Positions 1-10,076 of a stretch of DNA of 64,000 nucleotides are shown here, piece after piece. Every line of letters starts with the position of its first letter. Positions within the stretch are counted from its first letter, which is position 1. The stretch comes from an uncultured Rhizobiaceae bacterium (lineage in GTDB: Bacteria > Pseudomonadota > Alphaproteobacteria > Rhizobiales > Aestuariivirgaceae), in assembly GCA_964568825.1 (NCBI GenBank), contig CAZMSA010000001.1:1945-65944 (forward strand), given 5' to 3'. Position numbers and translations under genes: made by a program. The notes under the pieces were generated by a model. The model had not been told where the DNA came from. It ran no database searches and worked only from the letters and a program-made list of their open reading frames with translations.

Positions 1-1456
1 CCAGGATGCTCTGAAGGCACGCGGCATCGGCGTCGACACGGACGGCTTCAACGCCGCCATGCAGCGCCAGCGCGCCGAGGCGCGAAAGGCCTGGGCGGGT
101 TCCGGCGAGGCCGCCACCGAGGGCTTGTGGTACGAACTGCGCGACCGGGTGGGGGCGAGCGAATTTCTCGGCTACGCCACCGAGACCGCCGAAGGCGTGG
201 TGCAGGCCATCGTCGCCGCCGACGGCAAGGAGTCAGATGCCCTTTCGGAGGGCGCCGAAGCGGCCGTCATCGTCAACCAGACACCGTTCTATGGCGAATC
301 GGGTGGCCAGGTGGGCGATCGTGGCACCATCCGCACCGCCGACGGCGCCGTCTTCGAGGTGAGCGACACGCAAAAGAAGCTGGGCGACCTCTTCGTCCAC
401 TACGGCCGCCTGGTGAGGGGCGTGCTGCATCGCGGCGACCCCGTGGAACTTGCCGTCGACCATGCCCGCCGCCAGGGCGTCAGGTTGCACCATTCCGCCA
501 CCCATCTGGTGCACGAAGCGCTGCGCCAGGTGCTTGGCACCCACGTCGCACAGAAAGGTTCGCTGGTGGAGCCCGGCCGACTGCGCTTCGACTTCTCCCA
601 TCAAAAGGCCATGGATGAAGCAGAGATCGACCGCGTCGAGGAGATCGCCAACGCCGTCATTCTGCAGAACGATCCCGTCACCACCCGGCTGATGAGCGTC
701 GATGATGCCATCGCCGAAGGGGCCATGGCGCTGTTCGGCGAGAAATACGGCGATGAAGTGCGCGTGGTTTCCATGGGCCGCCAACCCGAGGGCGGTCCCA
801 ACAAGCCGGTCTATTCGCTGGAGCTGTGCGGCGGCACCCACGTGGCGCGCACCGGCGATATCGGCCTGGTCCGCATCGTCGCCGAAAGCGCCTCGGCGGC
901 CGGCGTGCGGCGTATCGAGGCGCTGGCCGGCGAGGCGGCACGGCGCTATCTGGAAGACCAGGATAACCGCCTTGGCCGCATTGCCCACCTGCTGAAAGTC
1001 CAGTCGGGCGATGTCGAGGCCCGCATCGGCCAGCTTCTGGAAGAACGCCGGCGGCTGGAGCGTGAACTCGGTGATACAAAAAAGCGCCTCGCCATGGGCG
1101 GTGCCGGCGGCGCTGAAAGCACCCCGGAAGACGTTGGCGGCATCAAGGTGGTGGCCCGCGTCCTTGAAGGGATCGACCCCAAGGAGTTGCGCAACCTCGT
1201 TGACGAAGCGCGCAAGCAACTGGGCTCGGGCGTCGTGGCGCTGGTGACGGTGAACGACGGCAAGGCAGCTGTCGCCGCCGGCGTCAGCCCCGACCTCGCC
1301 GGTAGCGTCAACGCCATCGACCTGGTGCGCGCCGGCGTTGCGGCAGTCGGTGGCAAGGGCGGCGGCGGTCGGCCCGACATGGCCCAGGGCGGCGGCCCCG
1401 ACGGCGCCAGGGCCGCCGAGGCGATCGCCGCCATCAAGGCAACAATCGGCGCATGA
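1..1456 (+). CDS. alaS: alanine--tRNA ligase, C-terminal part (5' end lies outside the window)
   Basis: The frame is open from the window edge to TGA at 1454-1456. Editing-domain metal motifs HSATHLVH and ELCGGTHV are present, with a C-terminal [15 protein letters not shown] tail typical of AlaRS. Confidence 0.9.
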   Translation, partial: QDALKARGIGVDTDGFNAAMQRQRAEARKAWAGSGEAATEGLWYELRDRVGASEFLGYATETAEGVVQAIVAADGKESDALSEGAEAAVIVNQTPFYGESGGQVGDRGTIRTADGAVFEVSDTQKKLGDLFVHYGRLVRGVLHRGDPVELAVDHARRQGVRLHHSATHLVHEALRQVLGTHVAQKGSLVEPGRLRFDFSHQKAMDEAEIDRVEEIANAVILQNDPVTTRLMSVDDAIAEGAMALFGEKYGDEVRVVSMGRQPEGGPNKPVYSLELCGGTHVARTGDIGLVRIVAESASAAGVRRIEALAGEAARRYLEDQDNRLGRIAHLLKVQSGDVEARIGQLLEERRRLERELGDTKKRLAMGGAGGAESTPEDVGGIKVVARVLEGIDPKELRNLVDEARKQLGSGVVALVTVNDGKAAVAAGVSPDLAGSVNAIDLVRAGVAAVGGKGGGGRPDMAQGGGPDGARAAEAIAAIKATIGA

Positions 1457-1565
1457 TCGCCTCAATACCGGCAACATTCCGCCCAGATTGTGCCTCTCAT
1501 TTGGGCAATCGATCAGCATTGCCGGGCATCGCGTCGCTACCGTGGCGACGTCGCAATGCGGCCGA

Positions 1566-2819
1566 ATGCGGGACGTGGTTCACACGATGGCGATGCGCGA
1601 CGACGGCATCTTGCGGGAACCGCTCCCCATGATCGGCATGACGGCTGCCGAACCATTCAGGCGTCGGCTTTTTGACGTCCTGGAACGCAGCCGCCGCGGC
1701 GATGCCGTGGTGCGCGCCTTCGACATCGCCATGGTCGCGATCATCATTGCCAACGTCGCGGCCTCGGTTGCCGATACCGTTGCCACCATTCATCAGGTCT
1801 ATGGCACCGCGCTGTTGTGGTTCGATCATTTCTGCGTCGTCATCTTCATCGTCGAATATGCGGCCAGGATCTGGACGGCGCCGGAACATCCCGCCTTGCG
1901 CCAGAGACCTGACTGGCGGGCCCGGCTGACCCACGCCACCAGCCCCATGATGCTTCTCGACTTCGCGGCCATCATGCCCTTCTTCATCGAGATCTTCTTC
2001 GGGCCCAACCTGGCCGTGGTGCGCATCCTGCGCATTATCCGCTTCTACCGCCTAGCGCGTTATTCGCCGGTCCTCGACACCATCATCGGGGTGATCGCTG
2101 CTGAATGGCGGGCGCTGGCCGGAAGTGCGCTGTTGTTTGCCGGGCTGCTGCTGGTGGCGGGCGTCGCCATGTTTCTGGCTGAGGGAACGGCGCAGCCGGA
2201 CCGGCTGGGCGATGTGCCGAGCGCCATGTGGTGGGCGGTCGTCACGCTGTCGACGGTGGGCTACGGCGACGTGGTGCCCATCACCGTGGTGGGAAAGATG
2301 GTCGCCGGCTTCACCATCATCTTCGGCATCCTGTTCTTCGCCCTCCCGGTCGGCATCATCGCCACCAGCTTTCAGGAGCAGATCCGCCGGCGCGACTTCG
2401 TCGTCAGCTTCGCCATGGTGGCGCGGGTGCCGCTGTTTGCCCGTCTCGATGCCGCCGCCGTGGCCCGGCTTGTCGGCCTCCTGACGGCGCGCCGGGTGGC
2501 CGCGGGCGATGTCATCATCACCAAGGGCGACGAGGCCGAGGCCATGTATTTCATTGCATCGGGGCAAGTGGAGGTGGAGACGCCCTCCGGCCCCATCCGG
2601 CTGTCGGAGGGCGACTTCTTCGGCGAGGTAGCGATGATCTCGGAGGACACCAGGCGCACCGCCACCGTGTCCGCGGCGCGCACCTGCGAGCTTCTGGCGC
2701 TCAGCGTGCGCGATTTCCGCCGCCTCGTGCAGTCCAATGCCGAGATCGGCGATGCTGTGCGCGAGGTGGCGCGCCAGCGCCTTGAAGCCATCAACAAAAG
2801 GAATCCGCCGCAGGCCTGA
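1566..2819 (+). CDS. cyclic-nucleotide-regulated, voltage-sensor-type K+ channel (MloK1-like)
   Basis: It has an S4-like RILRIIRFYRLAR segment, the K+ selectivity filter TVGYGD and a C-terminal cNMP-binding domain (FGEVAMIS...RRTATV). ATG 1566 was chosen because the upstream part of the 1338 ORF overlaps alaS and is low complexity. Confidence 0.85.
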   Translation: MRDVVHTMAMRDDGILREPLPMIGMTAAEPFRRRLFDVLERSRRGDAVVRAFDIAMVAIIIANVAASVADTVATIHQVYGTALLWFDHFCVVIFIVEYAARIWTAPEHPALRQRPDWRARLTHATSPMMLLDFAAIMPFFIEIFFGPNLAVVRILRIIRFYRLARYSPVLDTIIGVIAAEWRALAGSALLFAGLLLVAGVAMFLAEGTAQPDRLGDVPSAMWWAVVTLSTVGYGDVVPITVVGKMVAGFTIIFGILFFALPVGIIATSFQEQIRRRDFVVSFAMVARVPLFARLDAAAVARLVGLLTARRVAAGDVIITKGDEAEAMYFIASGQVEVETPSGPIRLSEGDFFGEVAMISEDTRRTATVSAARTCELLALSVRDFRRLVQSNAEIGDAVREVARQRLEAINKRNPPQA

Positions 2820-3308
2820 TTACGGCTTGAGGGGCGGCCACTCGGCGGTATCGAAATCGGGATGCTGCCGGCTTTTCAGCCGCGCCAGGTCTTCGGGCGA
2901 ACGGTTTTCCGCCGTCGTTTCGCGCGGCAGGGCGCTGAGGCTGGCGAACCACGACAGCTCGCTTTCCACCCCGACCTGGTGATCAGGCACGGCGGCTTCT
3001 GGATCATCAAGGCTGCCGATGGCGATCTCGTAGTGGGGATCGCCGTCCTCGCTCATGTAGAGCGGCGTCCCGCAGTCACGGCAAAAGCCACGCGCCACGA
3101 TGGCCGACGAGCGATATTCGCCAGGCTGGCCGCGCGTCCACACGAGATGACCTCGATCGACACTGACCAGCGCCGCTCCCCATGAGCCGAATGCCTTCTG
3201 GCACATGCGACAATGACAGATGCCCGCATTCCCCAACGGCCCCCCCGATATGCGGTAGCGCACCGCCCCGCACTGGCATCCGCCCGACATCGTCACGGCG
3301 TCGGCCAC
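2820..3308 (-). CDS. GFA/CENP-V family zinc protein (glutathione-dependent formaldehyde-activating-like)
   Basis: Cys motifs GGCQCGAVRY, CHCRMCQK and FCRDCGTP match the GFA fold. Confidence 0.8.
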   Translation of the reverse strand: MADAVTMSGGCQCGAVRYRISGGPLGNAGICHCRMCQKAFGSWGAALVSVDRGHLVWTRGQPGEYRSSAIVARGFCRDCGTPLYMSEDGDPHYEIAIGSLDDPEAAVPDHQVGVESELSWFASLSALPRETTAENRSPEDLARLKSRQHPDFDTAEWPPLKP

Positions 3309-4105
3309 ACCACCGGAAACCAGTCTTCCGGCAACTGATCGCCCATGGCGAGCTTGAGGCCCATCTCGGGAAACGGCGGCGACACTTCATGGCTGCGCTC
3401 GACATAGCGGCAATCCTCGCCGAGGAAGCGGAAGCTCACCGCCCGCCGCCGCCGCCCAGTCGAATTGGGCGGGGCGTTGTGCAGGGTATGGTAGTCGAAA
3501 GCGACCGCATCGCCGGGCTCCAGCGCCCAGGCACGCAACGCGGTCGCATCGCGTTCCTCATCGATGTCGGGGAACGGCTCATAGGTGGAGGTATCGCCTT
3601 CCAGAGGTTTGAGCGTCTTGAAACGGCGCGGCACGAAGGTGACCGCCCCCTTGTGGCTGCCGGCAAGGAAATGCGGGCAGACTTTTTCCGAGACCGGATC
3701 GAGCGGCACCCAGATCGACACCGTCTGGGTGCCATCCATGCAGTAATAGGGCAGATCCTGATGCCATGGCGTCGGATCGGCGGTGCCCGGCTCCTTCACC
3801 AGCACATGCTCATGGAAAAGCTGCGCCCGCCGCGCGCCCATCAGCACTGCCGCGATGGCGCCCAGCGGCCCCTCGTCGCACACCTGGCGGAATTCGGGAA
3901 AGCGCTGCCAATTCGCATAGTCGCCGAAATAGGCACCGGGCCGGCCTTCCTCGGTGTGGTTCTTGCCGTAGGGGCCCGGGCTCTTGATGTTGGCTTCCAC
4001 CGCCGCGGCAAGGCGGTCGAGCCACGTCGCGTCCAGGACGCCGCGCAGCACGGTGGCGCCGTCGCGGCGAAAGGCTTCGATTTCCGATTGAGTGGGCGCG
4101 GACAT
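3293..4105 (-). CDS. phytanoyl-CoA dioxygenase (PhyH) family Fe(II)/2-oxoglutarate oxygenase
   Basis: The N-terminus reads EIEAFRRDGATVLRGVL, a WHQDLPY (HxD) iron motif is present and there is a distal His near the C-terminus. ATG at 4105 (MSAPTQ) is the likely start. Confidence 0.7.
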   Translation of the reverse strand: MSAPTQSEIEAFRRDGATVLRGVLDATWLDRLAAAVEANIKSPGPYGKNHTEEGRPGAYFGDYANWQRFPEFRQVCDEGPLGAIAAVLMGARRAQLFHEHVLVKEPGTADPTPWHQDLPYYCMDGTQTVSIWVPLDPVSEKVCPHFLAGSHKGAVTFVPRRFKTLKPLEGDTSTYEPFPDIDEERDATALRAWALEPGDAVAFDYHTLHNAPPNSTGRRRRAVSFRFLGEDCRYVERSHEVSPPFPEMGLKLAMGDQLPEDWFPVVWPTP

Positions 4106-4286
4106 GGTGCTTTGATCCAGGATGAGGGCTGCGTACGGGCGATTATGCATCTCGTGCCTCACCGCGCGCAAGCACTCCTTATCGAATCAAAGAAGCCCGG
4201 CACCAGCGACTGCGGATCACTTGGATGCCGGGCCAACCCCCAAAAGCGCCTGCCCGCGGGCGGCAGACAGACGCCATTCAGGGATT

Positions 4287-4790
4287 TCAGGTTGCCTTGA
4301 TGGCGATCTTCTTGACCGGCTCCACGGCGCCCTCCTTCTTGGGCATCACCACCCGCAGCACGCCCTTGTCGAACTTCGCGTCGATGCGTTCGGCGTCCAC
4401 CGTGTCAGGAAGCCGGAAGCTGCGCTGGAAGCTGCCGAAGCGCCGCTCCACCATGTGGACATCGTCCTTGTCATCGACATGCTCGTATTTCTTCTCGCCC
4501 TTGAGGGTGAGCATGCCGTTGCGCACGCTCAAATCGACGTCGGATTCATCGAGGCCGGGCAATTCCGCCGTCAGCGAAACCTCTTTGTCGTTCTCGGTGA
4601 TATCGATGTCCGGCACGATGAAGCCACGCCCATTGGCTGCCGCCGGCACACCAAAGCCCATCTGTGGCGCAACCGAACCGCGGTCGCCGAAGAAGGCATC
4701 GAACATACGGTCCATCTCGGCACGATAGGCCTGGAACGGATCGTTCCACCCCCCTGTGGTTAGCGCTTGCTTGCTGGCTTTGTTTGGCAT
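4287..4790 (-). CDS. Hsp20/alpha-crystallin small heat-shock protein
   Basis: Alpha-crystallin domain motifs are present: DITENDKEVSLTAELPGL, ERRFGSFQRSFRLP, GVLRVVMPKK. Confidence 0.9.
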   Translation of the reverse strand: MPNKASKQALTTGGWNDPFQAYRAEMDRMFDAFFGDRGSVAPQMGFGVPAAANGRGFIVPDIDITENDKEVSLTAELPGLDESDVDLSVRNGMLTLKGEKKYEHVDDKDDVHMVERRFGSFQRSFRLPDTVDAERIDAKFDKGVLRVVMPKKEGAVEPVKKIAIKAT

Positions 4791-4867
4791 TTTTCAGTCC
4801 TCCATCTTTCGAAAACTGACCAATTCAACTGAGAATAGTATTTTCGCGCGCTCAAGCTCGCCTTGCA

Positions 4868-4881
4868 TTGATCCGGATCAA
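4868..4881. promoter_or_regulatory. perfect FNR/FixK-type box TTGATCCGGATCAA in a divergent intergenic region
   Basis: This is an exact TTGAT-N4-ATCAA palindrome, read directly. It lies 78-91 nt upstream of the hsp20 ATG (4790) and about 90 nt upstream of the plus-strand ATG at 4971. Confidence 0.55.
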
Positions 4882-4970
4882 TAGGCACCATTCCCGGCGA
4901 GGCCGACGGACGGCTTCAATCGCCTTTGCCGTCGCCCCAAGGCGGTGGTTTCCACCGGCCCCGAAACATC

Positions 4971-6089
4971 ATGCGACGCCAATCGAAAGTTGCGGTCATG
5001 CACCTACGATCGACCCGTTCGAATCTCTACCCCCGGCTGGCGGCCGCCGTTGCCGCGGCCGTTGGTTGCTTTTTCGCCGCCGCCACAGCCATCGCCGGCG
5101 AGGCTCTGGACACCTTTGCCGAAGGCACCGTCGACACCAGCCTGTGGCGCACTTGCCAGGCCGACCCGGCGCTTCTCAGCTTCGGCGTCGATACCGCAAC
5201 CGGACGCCCCTATCTGGCCATGAAGATCGACGGCAGGCACGAGGATCCCGGCCCGTGCATGTCCGTTGCGCAAGGCGATCTGGTGGCCGAAGCCGACACC
5301 CTTGGCCCGAGCTTTTTCGCCAATACCTCGACGATGGCCGCCATTGCCGGCTTCGACTGCCCGAAGCCCGAGCGGCGCAACGGCGAGCCCATCATCCAGC
5401 GCAACGAGCTGCGCTTTGCGCCCGCCGACCTCTATCCCGCTATCGGCCAGGACACCTGGTATTCCCTCACCTTCAGGCTCAAGGGTTATGGCGGCGACAC
5501 CATACCGGCCTGCGGATCGGCGCGCTGGGTGATCGGGCAATGGAAGTACCAGCACATGATGCCCGGCTTCAAAGGCAGCCCGTTCCTTGCCCAGCGCTTC
5601 GACAACGGCGTCCTCCACCTCACGGTTGAGGACGACGGTTGCCGCTGCATGTTCGCCAAGACGGGTGGCGATCCGGACTTTTCAAATGCTCCAGAGAATA
5701 CCACGCTGGTGCCGGTACCGCCTCTGCAGTGCCGCTATTCGGAAGGCGACAGGATCGGCCAGCGCTGCCAGCCCGTCCATCTGAAACTCAAGGCCGCTGA
5801 TCTTTCCACCCTGGCGACACTGCCCGACCCCAAGAACGGCTGGGTGCGCATGACCTACCGCATCCGCGCCGGCGGGCCTCAGGGTGCCCGCATCGATGTC
5901 TACGCCAACGACCGCTTCATCGTTCGCGCCGAGGGCGACATCGATCCTCACATCCCCGGCAACCGGGTCAAGTTCAAGATCGGCCATTATCGCGACATGA
6001 TCCCGGTGAAGGCCGAAATGCTGTTGCAGGAGGTGTGCGTGTCCGCCACCTCAAGGGCCTGCGATCATGGTCTCGCGCCGCTGCCGTAG
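4971..6089 (+). CDS. secreted protein, possibly a polysaccharide-lyase-like (concanavalin-fold) enzyme
   Basis: It has a signal peptide (LAAAVAAAVGCFFAAATAIAGEA). Motifs QRNELRF, VIGQWKY and KFKIGHYRD recall the heparin-lyase-I/PL20-type Polysacc_lyase family. The start is ambiguous (4926, 4971 or 4998). Confidence 0.4.
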   Translation: MRRQSKVAVMHLRSTRSNLYPRLAAAVAAAVGCFFAAATAIAGEALDTFAEGTVDTSLWRTCQADPALLSFGVDTATGRPYLAMKIDGRHEDPGPCMSVAQGDLVAEADTLGPSFFANTSTMAAIAGFDCPKPERRNGEPIIQRNELRFAPADLYPAIGQDTWYSLTFRLKGYGGDTIPACGSARWVIGQWKYQHMMPGFKGSPFLAQRFDNGVLHLTVEDDGCRCMFAKTGGDPDFSNAPENTTLVPVPPLQCRYSEGDRIGQRCQPVHLKLKAADLSTLATLPDPKNGWVRMTYRIRAGGPQGARIDVYANDRFIVRAEGDIDPHIPGNRVKFKIGHYRDMIPVKAEMLLQEVCVSATSRACDHGLAPLP

Positions 6090-6164
6090 CCTTCACCAGC
6101 CGCCCTTGTCGCCATGCCTGCGACGCTTGAATTCCTTGAAACCCCATGTTACCGAGCAGCCGAC

Positions 6165-7058
6165 ATGCCCCCCCATCGCATCGCCATCTTCATCAAGACA
6201 TTCAACCGGCCAAACCGCCTGTTGAAGTGTGTCGAGCGCATTCAAGCCTACTGCAATCAGGACTACCGGATCTACATCGCCGACGATGGAGAAAGTTCGC
6301 CAGCCGTCGCCGATCTGTATCGCACCCTGACCGCCGGCGGACATTTTGTGCGCACCTATCCAGGCCGGGTAAACGTGACGACGGCCCGCAATGAACTGGT
6401 GGGCGAGCTGCGCGATGAGCGCTATGTCCTGCGCCTCGACGACGATTTCAATTTTTCCGAGCGCACCGACCTCGCCGCCATGCTGCGCATTATGGCCCAC
6501 CGCCCTGAAATCGGGGCTTTGTCCGGCCTTGAATGCCAGCTCGGCGACGGCAAGGGCATCAAGTCGGGCCAGATCAGCAACAAGCAAGGCCACATGATCA
6601 TTCGTGACGGCATTCTTTACAAATTCAGCGTGCCGGCCGACCAATGGCTGTGGTCGAACGCCGATGGTTTGCGCTTTGCCTATGCCAATTACACCCGCAA
6701 TTTCCTGCTCATTCGGCGAGAAGTCTTTCAAACGGTGAAATGGAACGAGGAACTGCCCATTCAGGGTGAACACTCGGCCTTCATGATCGATCTGCAAAAA
6801 GCCGGTTGGGCGTTGGCCTTCACGCCAGAGAGCATTCACGAACACGACGAAACCAGCGTCGATGACACCAGCAAGCAATACAAGAATGCCCGCCATGCCA
6901 CACAGGGCCGCAAACGCCAGCAGGAAGTCTTCCTCAAGTGCTATGGCATCCGCGCCATGAAGGGACTGGATGCCAATGACGCTCTGATCGGGGTTGACTT
7001 CCACAATATCCGCAAAGGGGTAATGCGTTTGGTGACCGGCGGAAGCTGGAGGGTCTGA
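6165..7058 (+). CDS. family 2 glycosyltransferase
   Basis: The N-terminus IAIFIKTFNRPNRLLKCVERI, YIADDGES and the DxD-type LRLDDDFNF motif are present. The ORF is open from 6114, and ATG 6165 sits directly before the Rossmann strand. Confidence 0.75.
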   Translation: MPPHRIAIFIKTFNRPNRLLKCVERIQAYCNQDYRIYIADDGESSPAVADLYRTLTAGGHFVRTYPGRVNVTTARNELVGELRDERYVLRLDDDFNFSERTDLAAMLRIMAHRPEIGALSGLECQLGDGKGIKSGQISNKQGHMIIRDGILYKFSVPADQWLWSNADGLRFAYANYTRNFLLIRREVFQTVKWNEELPIQGEHSAFMIDLQKAGWALAFTPESIHEHDETSVDDTSKQYKNARHATQGRKRQQEVFLKCYGIRAMKGLDANDALIGVDFHNIRKGVMRLVTGGSWRV

Positions 7059-7160
7059 TCCCTCCGCGATGGCCGACGACGCAGTCGTCCCGGGTGCGGC
7101 CTACAAACTATCCATTTCCGCGTGATGACCAGTCAATGCCTGCCGTTTTGTGCCGCGCTC

Positions 7161-8129
7161 TCACTTTATCAGCCGGCAGAACAGGTCCGCATCGACGTTG
7201 CCGCCCGAGACCACCACGCCGATGTTGCGCCCGCTGGTCTCTATGGCGCCTGAGAGCACCGCGGCCAGTGCCACCGCGCCACCCGGCTCGGCGACGATCT
7301 TCAGGTGCTGAAAAGCCGCCCGCATGGCCTGCCCGACTTGCGCTTCGTTGGCCACCAGTCCGCCGGCCAGGCGTGGCTGGTTGATGGCAAACGTCATCTC
7401 GCCCGGCGTCGGCGACAGCAGCGCATCGCAGATCGACCCGGCGGTGCTGGCATTGGTCTGGCGCTCGCCGCTTTCCAGCGAGCGGCGATAGTCATCGAAC
7501 CCTTCCGGCTCGGCGCTGTAGAGAAGCGTTGCCGGCGACAGCGCCTGCAACGCCAGTGCGATGCCAGCCGTCAGACCGCCGCCGCTCGTGTTCACCACCA
7601 CCGCATCGAGGTGGACGCCGCGCGCTTCGGCCTGCCGCGCCATCTCCAACCCGGCGGTCCCCTGACCGGCGATGATATGGGCGTGCTCGTATGGCGGCAC
7701 GATGACCCAGCCCTTGTCGCGGGCAATCGCTGCGGCAATCTCCTCGCGTGACTGGGTGGCGCGATCGTAGTGGACGATCTCGGCGCCCAGCGCGCGGGTG
7801 TTCTGCTGTTTGATGTTGGGGGTATCGGCCGGCATGACGATGATCGCCGGCAGCCCCTTGAGGCGCGCCGCCGCGGCCACCCCTTGCGCATGGTTGCCGG
7901 AAGAATAGGCCACCACCCCGCCGGCACCTTCGAGCTGTGAGATGAGGTTCCATGCACCGCGAAACTTGAATGAGCCGGTGCGCTGCAGGCATTCCGCCTT
8001 CACCAGCACCCGTGCGCCGGTGAGAGCATTGAGCCCGGCGCTTTCAAGCAGCGGCGTTTCTACCGCTTCGCCCTTCAGCCTTGCCGCTGCCGCCTCGATA
8101 TCGCTGAAATCGGGTAATTCGCCCTGCAT
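7161..8129 (-). CDS. PLP-dependent serine/threonine dehydratase or threo-3-hydroxyaspartate ammonia-lyase family
   Basis: It has the PLP-lysine motif TGSFKFRGA and the glycine loop SGGNV, with a fold-type II PLP enzyme layout. Confidence 0.8.
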   Translation of the reverse strand: MQGELPDFSDIEAAAARLKGEAVETPLLESAGLNALTGARVLVKAECLQRTGSFKFRGAWNLISQLEGAGGVVAYSSGNHAQGVAAAARLKGLPAIIVMPADTPNIKQQNTRALGAEIVHYDRATQSREEIAAAIARDKGWVIVPPYEHAHIIAGQGTAGLEMARQAEARGVHLDAVVVNTSGGGLTAGIALALQALSPATLLYSAEPEGFDDYRRSLESGERQTNASTAGSICDALLSPTPGEMTFAINQPRLAGGLVANEAQVGQAMRAAFQHLKIVAEPGGAVALAAVLSGAIETSGRNIGVVVSGGNVDADLFCRLIK

Positions 8130-8333
8130 GATGCCTCATCCTTGATGCCGCAGGCTCTATAGCCCACTCGCCGAGCCCCTGCCACCACCTTCGTTGCCCT
8201 TCCCGGCGGTCATTACGGGTTAAATTCCACCAATTGATAGCCGCCACCGTCGCACTCTTGCATCGCCGGCGGCTTTCAGGTTCATTCCCTGCCGGTGCCC
8301 ACCGGAGGCACTGACGAGGAAAGGACAAAGGCC

Positions 8334-9113
8334 ATGGATCTGGGCATCACGGGGCGCAAGGCGATTGTGTGCGCATCAAGCCGCGGGCTCGGCAAGGCCT
8401 GCGCCATGGCGCTGGCTGTCGACGGTGTCGAGGTAGTGGTCAACGGCCGCGATGTGAGCGTCCTCGAAGCGACAGCCGAAGAGATCAGGAAAGCCACCGG
8501 GGCAAAGGTCATGGCGGTTGCCGCCGATGTCTCCACGCATGAGGGCCAGGCAGCGATTCTGACCGCCTGCCCCGATCCCGACATCCTCATCAACAACAAT
8601 GGCGGGCCGCCTTTCCGCGACTTTCGCGCCCTCGACCGCGCCATGATCCTCGACGGCGTGGTGCAGAACATGGTCACCCCCATCGAACTCATCCAGAAGG
8701 TGTTGCCGGCGATGATCGAGCGCCGCTTCGGGCGCATCGTCAACATCACCTCGGCGTCGGTGAAGATGCCCATCCTCGGCCTCGATCTGTCATCGGGCGC
8801 GCGCGCCGGCCTCACCGCCTTCCTCGCCGGACCCGCGCGCGATATCGCCCACCACAACGTCACCATCAACGGCCTGTTGCCCGGCATGTTCGACACCGAC
8901 CGGTTGAAGAACTCCACCCGCGCCCAGGCCGAAATGAAGGGCGTCAGTGTCGATGAGATGGCCGATACCCGCGCCTCCACCGTCCCGGCCCGCCGTTTCG
9001 GCCATCCCGACGAACTGGGCAAACTGTGCGCTTTCCTGTGCTCGGACGCGGCCGGCTACATAACCGGGCAGAATTTCCTGATCGACGGCGGCCTGTTCAA
9101 CTCAGCCATTTAG
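8334..9113 (+). CDS. SDR family oxidoreductase
   Basis: GRKAIVCASSRGLGKA is a cofactor loop and NITSASV plus a downstream catalytic region are present. ATG 8334 is preceded by GAGGAAAGGA. Confidence 0.8.
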   Translation: MDLGITGRKAIVCASSRGLGKACAMALAVDGVEVVVNGRDVSVLEATAEEIRKATGAKVMAVAADVSTHEGQAAILTACPDPDILINNNGGPPFRDFRALDRAMILDGVVQNMVTPIELIQKVLPAMIERRFGRIVNITSASVKMPILGLDLSSGARAGLTAFLAGPARDIAHHNVTINGLLPGMFDTDRLKNSTRAQAEMKGVSVDEMADTRASTVPARRFGHPDELGKLCAFLCSDAAGYITGQNFLIDGGLFNSAI

Positions 9114-9130
9114 GGGCGGGCCGCTCCCCT

Positions 9131-10021
9131 TCACATATTGCCGTCGGGCCGGTCGAGGAAGTCCTTGGCGCTCGTCACCAGCCGGGTGTCCACCGCGGCG
9201 ATGTTGTCGGGTTCCTTGCCGGCATAATCGAACTTGTTGAGCACCGTCTTGATGCATTCAAGCCGCGCCCGCTTCTGGTCGTTGGAATCGATGACCGTCC
9301 ACGGTGCCTCCGGCTTGTCGGTGCGCGCCAGCAGGTCGGCGATGGCGCGGGAATAATCGTGCCACTTGTGCACGGCGTCATGGTCGATCGGCGACAGCTT
9401 CCAGCCCTTCAGCGGATCGAGCTTCCTTTCATAGAAGCGCTTCAGTTGCTCGGCCCGGGCGACCGTCAGCCAGAACTTGAACAGATGGATACCGTCGCCC
9501 GTCAGCAGCCGCTCGAACACCGTAACCTCCTCGAAGAAGGTCTCAACCTGCGACTCGCTGCAAAAGCCCATGACCCGCTCGACCCCGGCGCGGTTGTACC
9601 ACGAGCGGTCGTAGAGGGTCATGTCGCCGCGGGTCGGCAGATGCGCCACATAGCGCTGGAAATACCATTGGCCCTGCTCGATGTCGGTCGGCTTGGCCAG
9701 CGCCACCACGCGCGCATGGCGTGGTGAGATATACTGAACGAAGCGCTGGATGGCCCCGCCCTTGCCGGCCGCATCGCGCCCCTCGAACAGGCAGATGATG
9801 CGCTCGCCCTTTTCCACCGCCCAGTCCTGCACCTTCACCAGTTCGATTTGCAACTTCTTGAGCTCGCTTTCGTAGGTCTTCTTCTTGATCTCCTTGGAGA
9901 CCACATAATCGCCATGCGGAAACGCCCGCTCGGCGATCGCATCGGGCAGCGCCTCATGATCGAGCGAATACAACGCTTCGGGAAGCGCCTCGGTTGGCGC
10001 GTCGTTCTTCTTCTTGCCCAT
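9131..10021 (-). CDS. ppk2: polyphosphate kinase 2
   Basis: It has the P-loop FEGRDAAGKGG and PPK2 motifs RYVAHLPTRGDMTLYDRSWYNRAGVERVMGF. The start is at MGKKKND. Confidence 0.9.
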   Translation of the reverse strand: MGKKKNDAPTEALPEALYSLDHEALPDAIAERAFPHGDYVVSKEIKKKTYESELKKLQIELVKVQDWAVEKGERIICLFEGRDAAGKGGAIQRFVQYISPRHARVVALAKPTDIEQGQWYFQRYVAHLPTRGDMTLYDRSWYNRAGVERVMGFCSESQVETFFEEVTVFERLLTGDGIHLFKFWLTVARAEQLKRFYERKLDPLKGWKLSPIDHDAVHKWHDYSRAIADLLARTDKPEAPWTVIDSNDQKRARLECIKTVLNKFDYAGKEPDNIAAVDTRLVTSAKDFLDRPDGNM

Positions 10022-10076
10022 CGATTGCTGCTCCCTTGGCCGTTGCCCGCCCATCATAAGCGCGCGGCCGCTACCC

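Noticed and set aside
233-1519. Very long ORFs antisense to clearly assignable genes. They are 233-1519, 11669-13189, 15731-17182, 18373-19815, 35728-36990, 37355-38554, 41367-42755, 53090-54283, 56762-58102 and 62924-63910.
   Set aside because: Their translations are Arg/Gly/Ala/His-rich low-complexity sequence with no motifs. Each lies opposite a gene with strong family signatures, which is the usual shadow-ORF artefact of GC-rich DNA.
1338-1565. N-terminal extension of the K+ channel ORF
   Set aside because: It overlaps the alaS 3' end and translates to Pro/Arg/Ala-rich sequence. The channel-like sequence begins after ATG 1566.
4791-4867. A ROSE-type RNA thermometer or a canonical RpoH promoter upstream of hsp20
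   Set aside because: A CTTGAG...CTATTCT pair exists, but its spacer is only about 12 nt. The short leader shows only a weak 5-bp stem around the SD. The evidence is not convincing without folding and covariance analysis.
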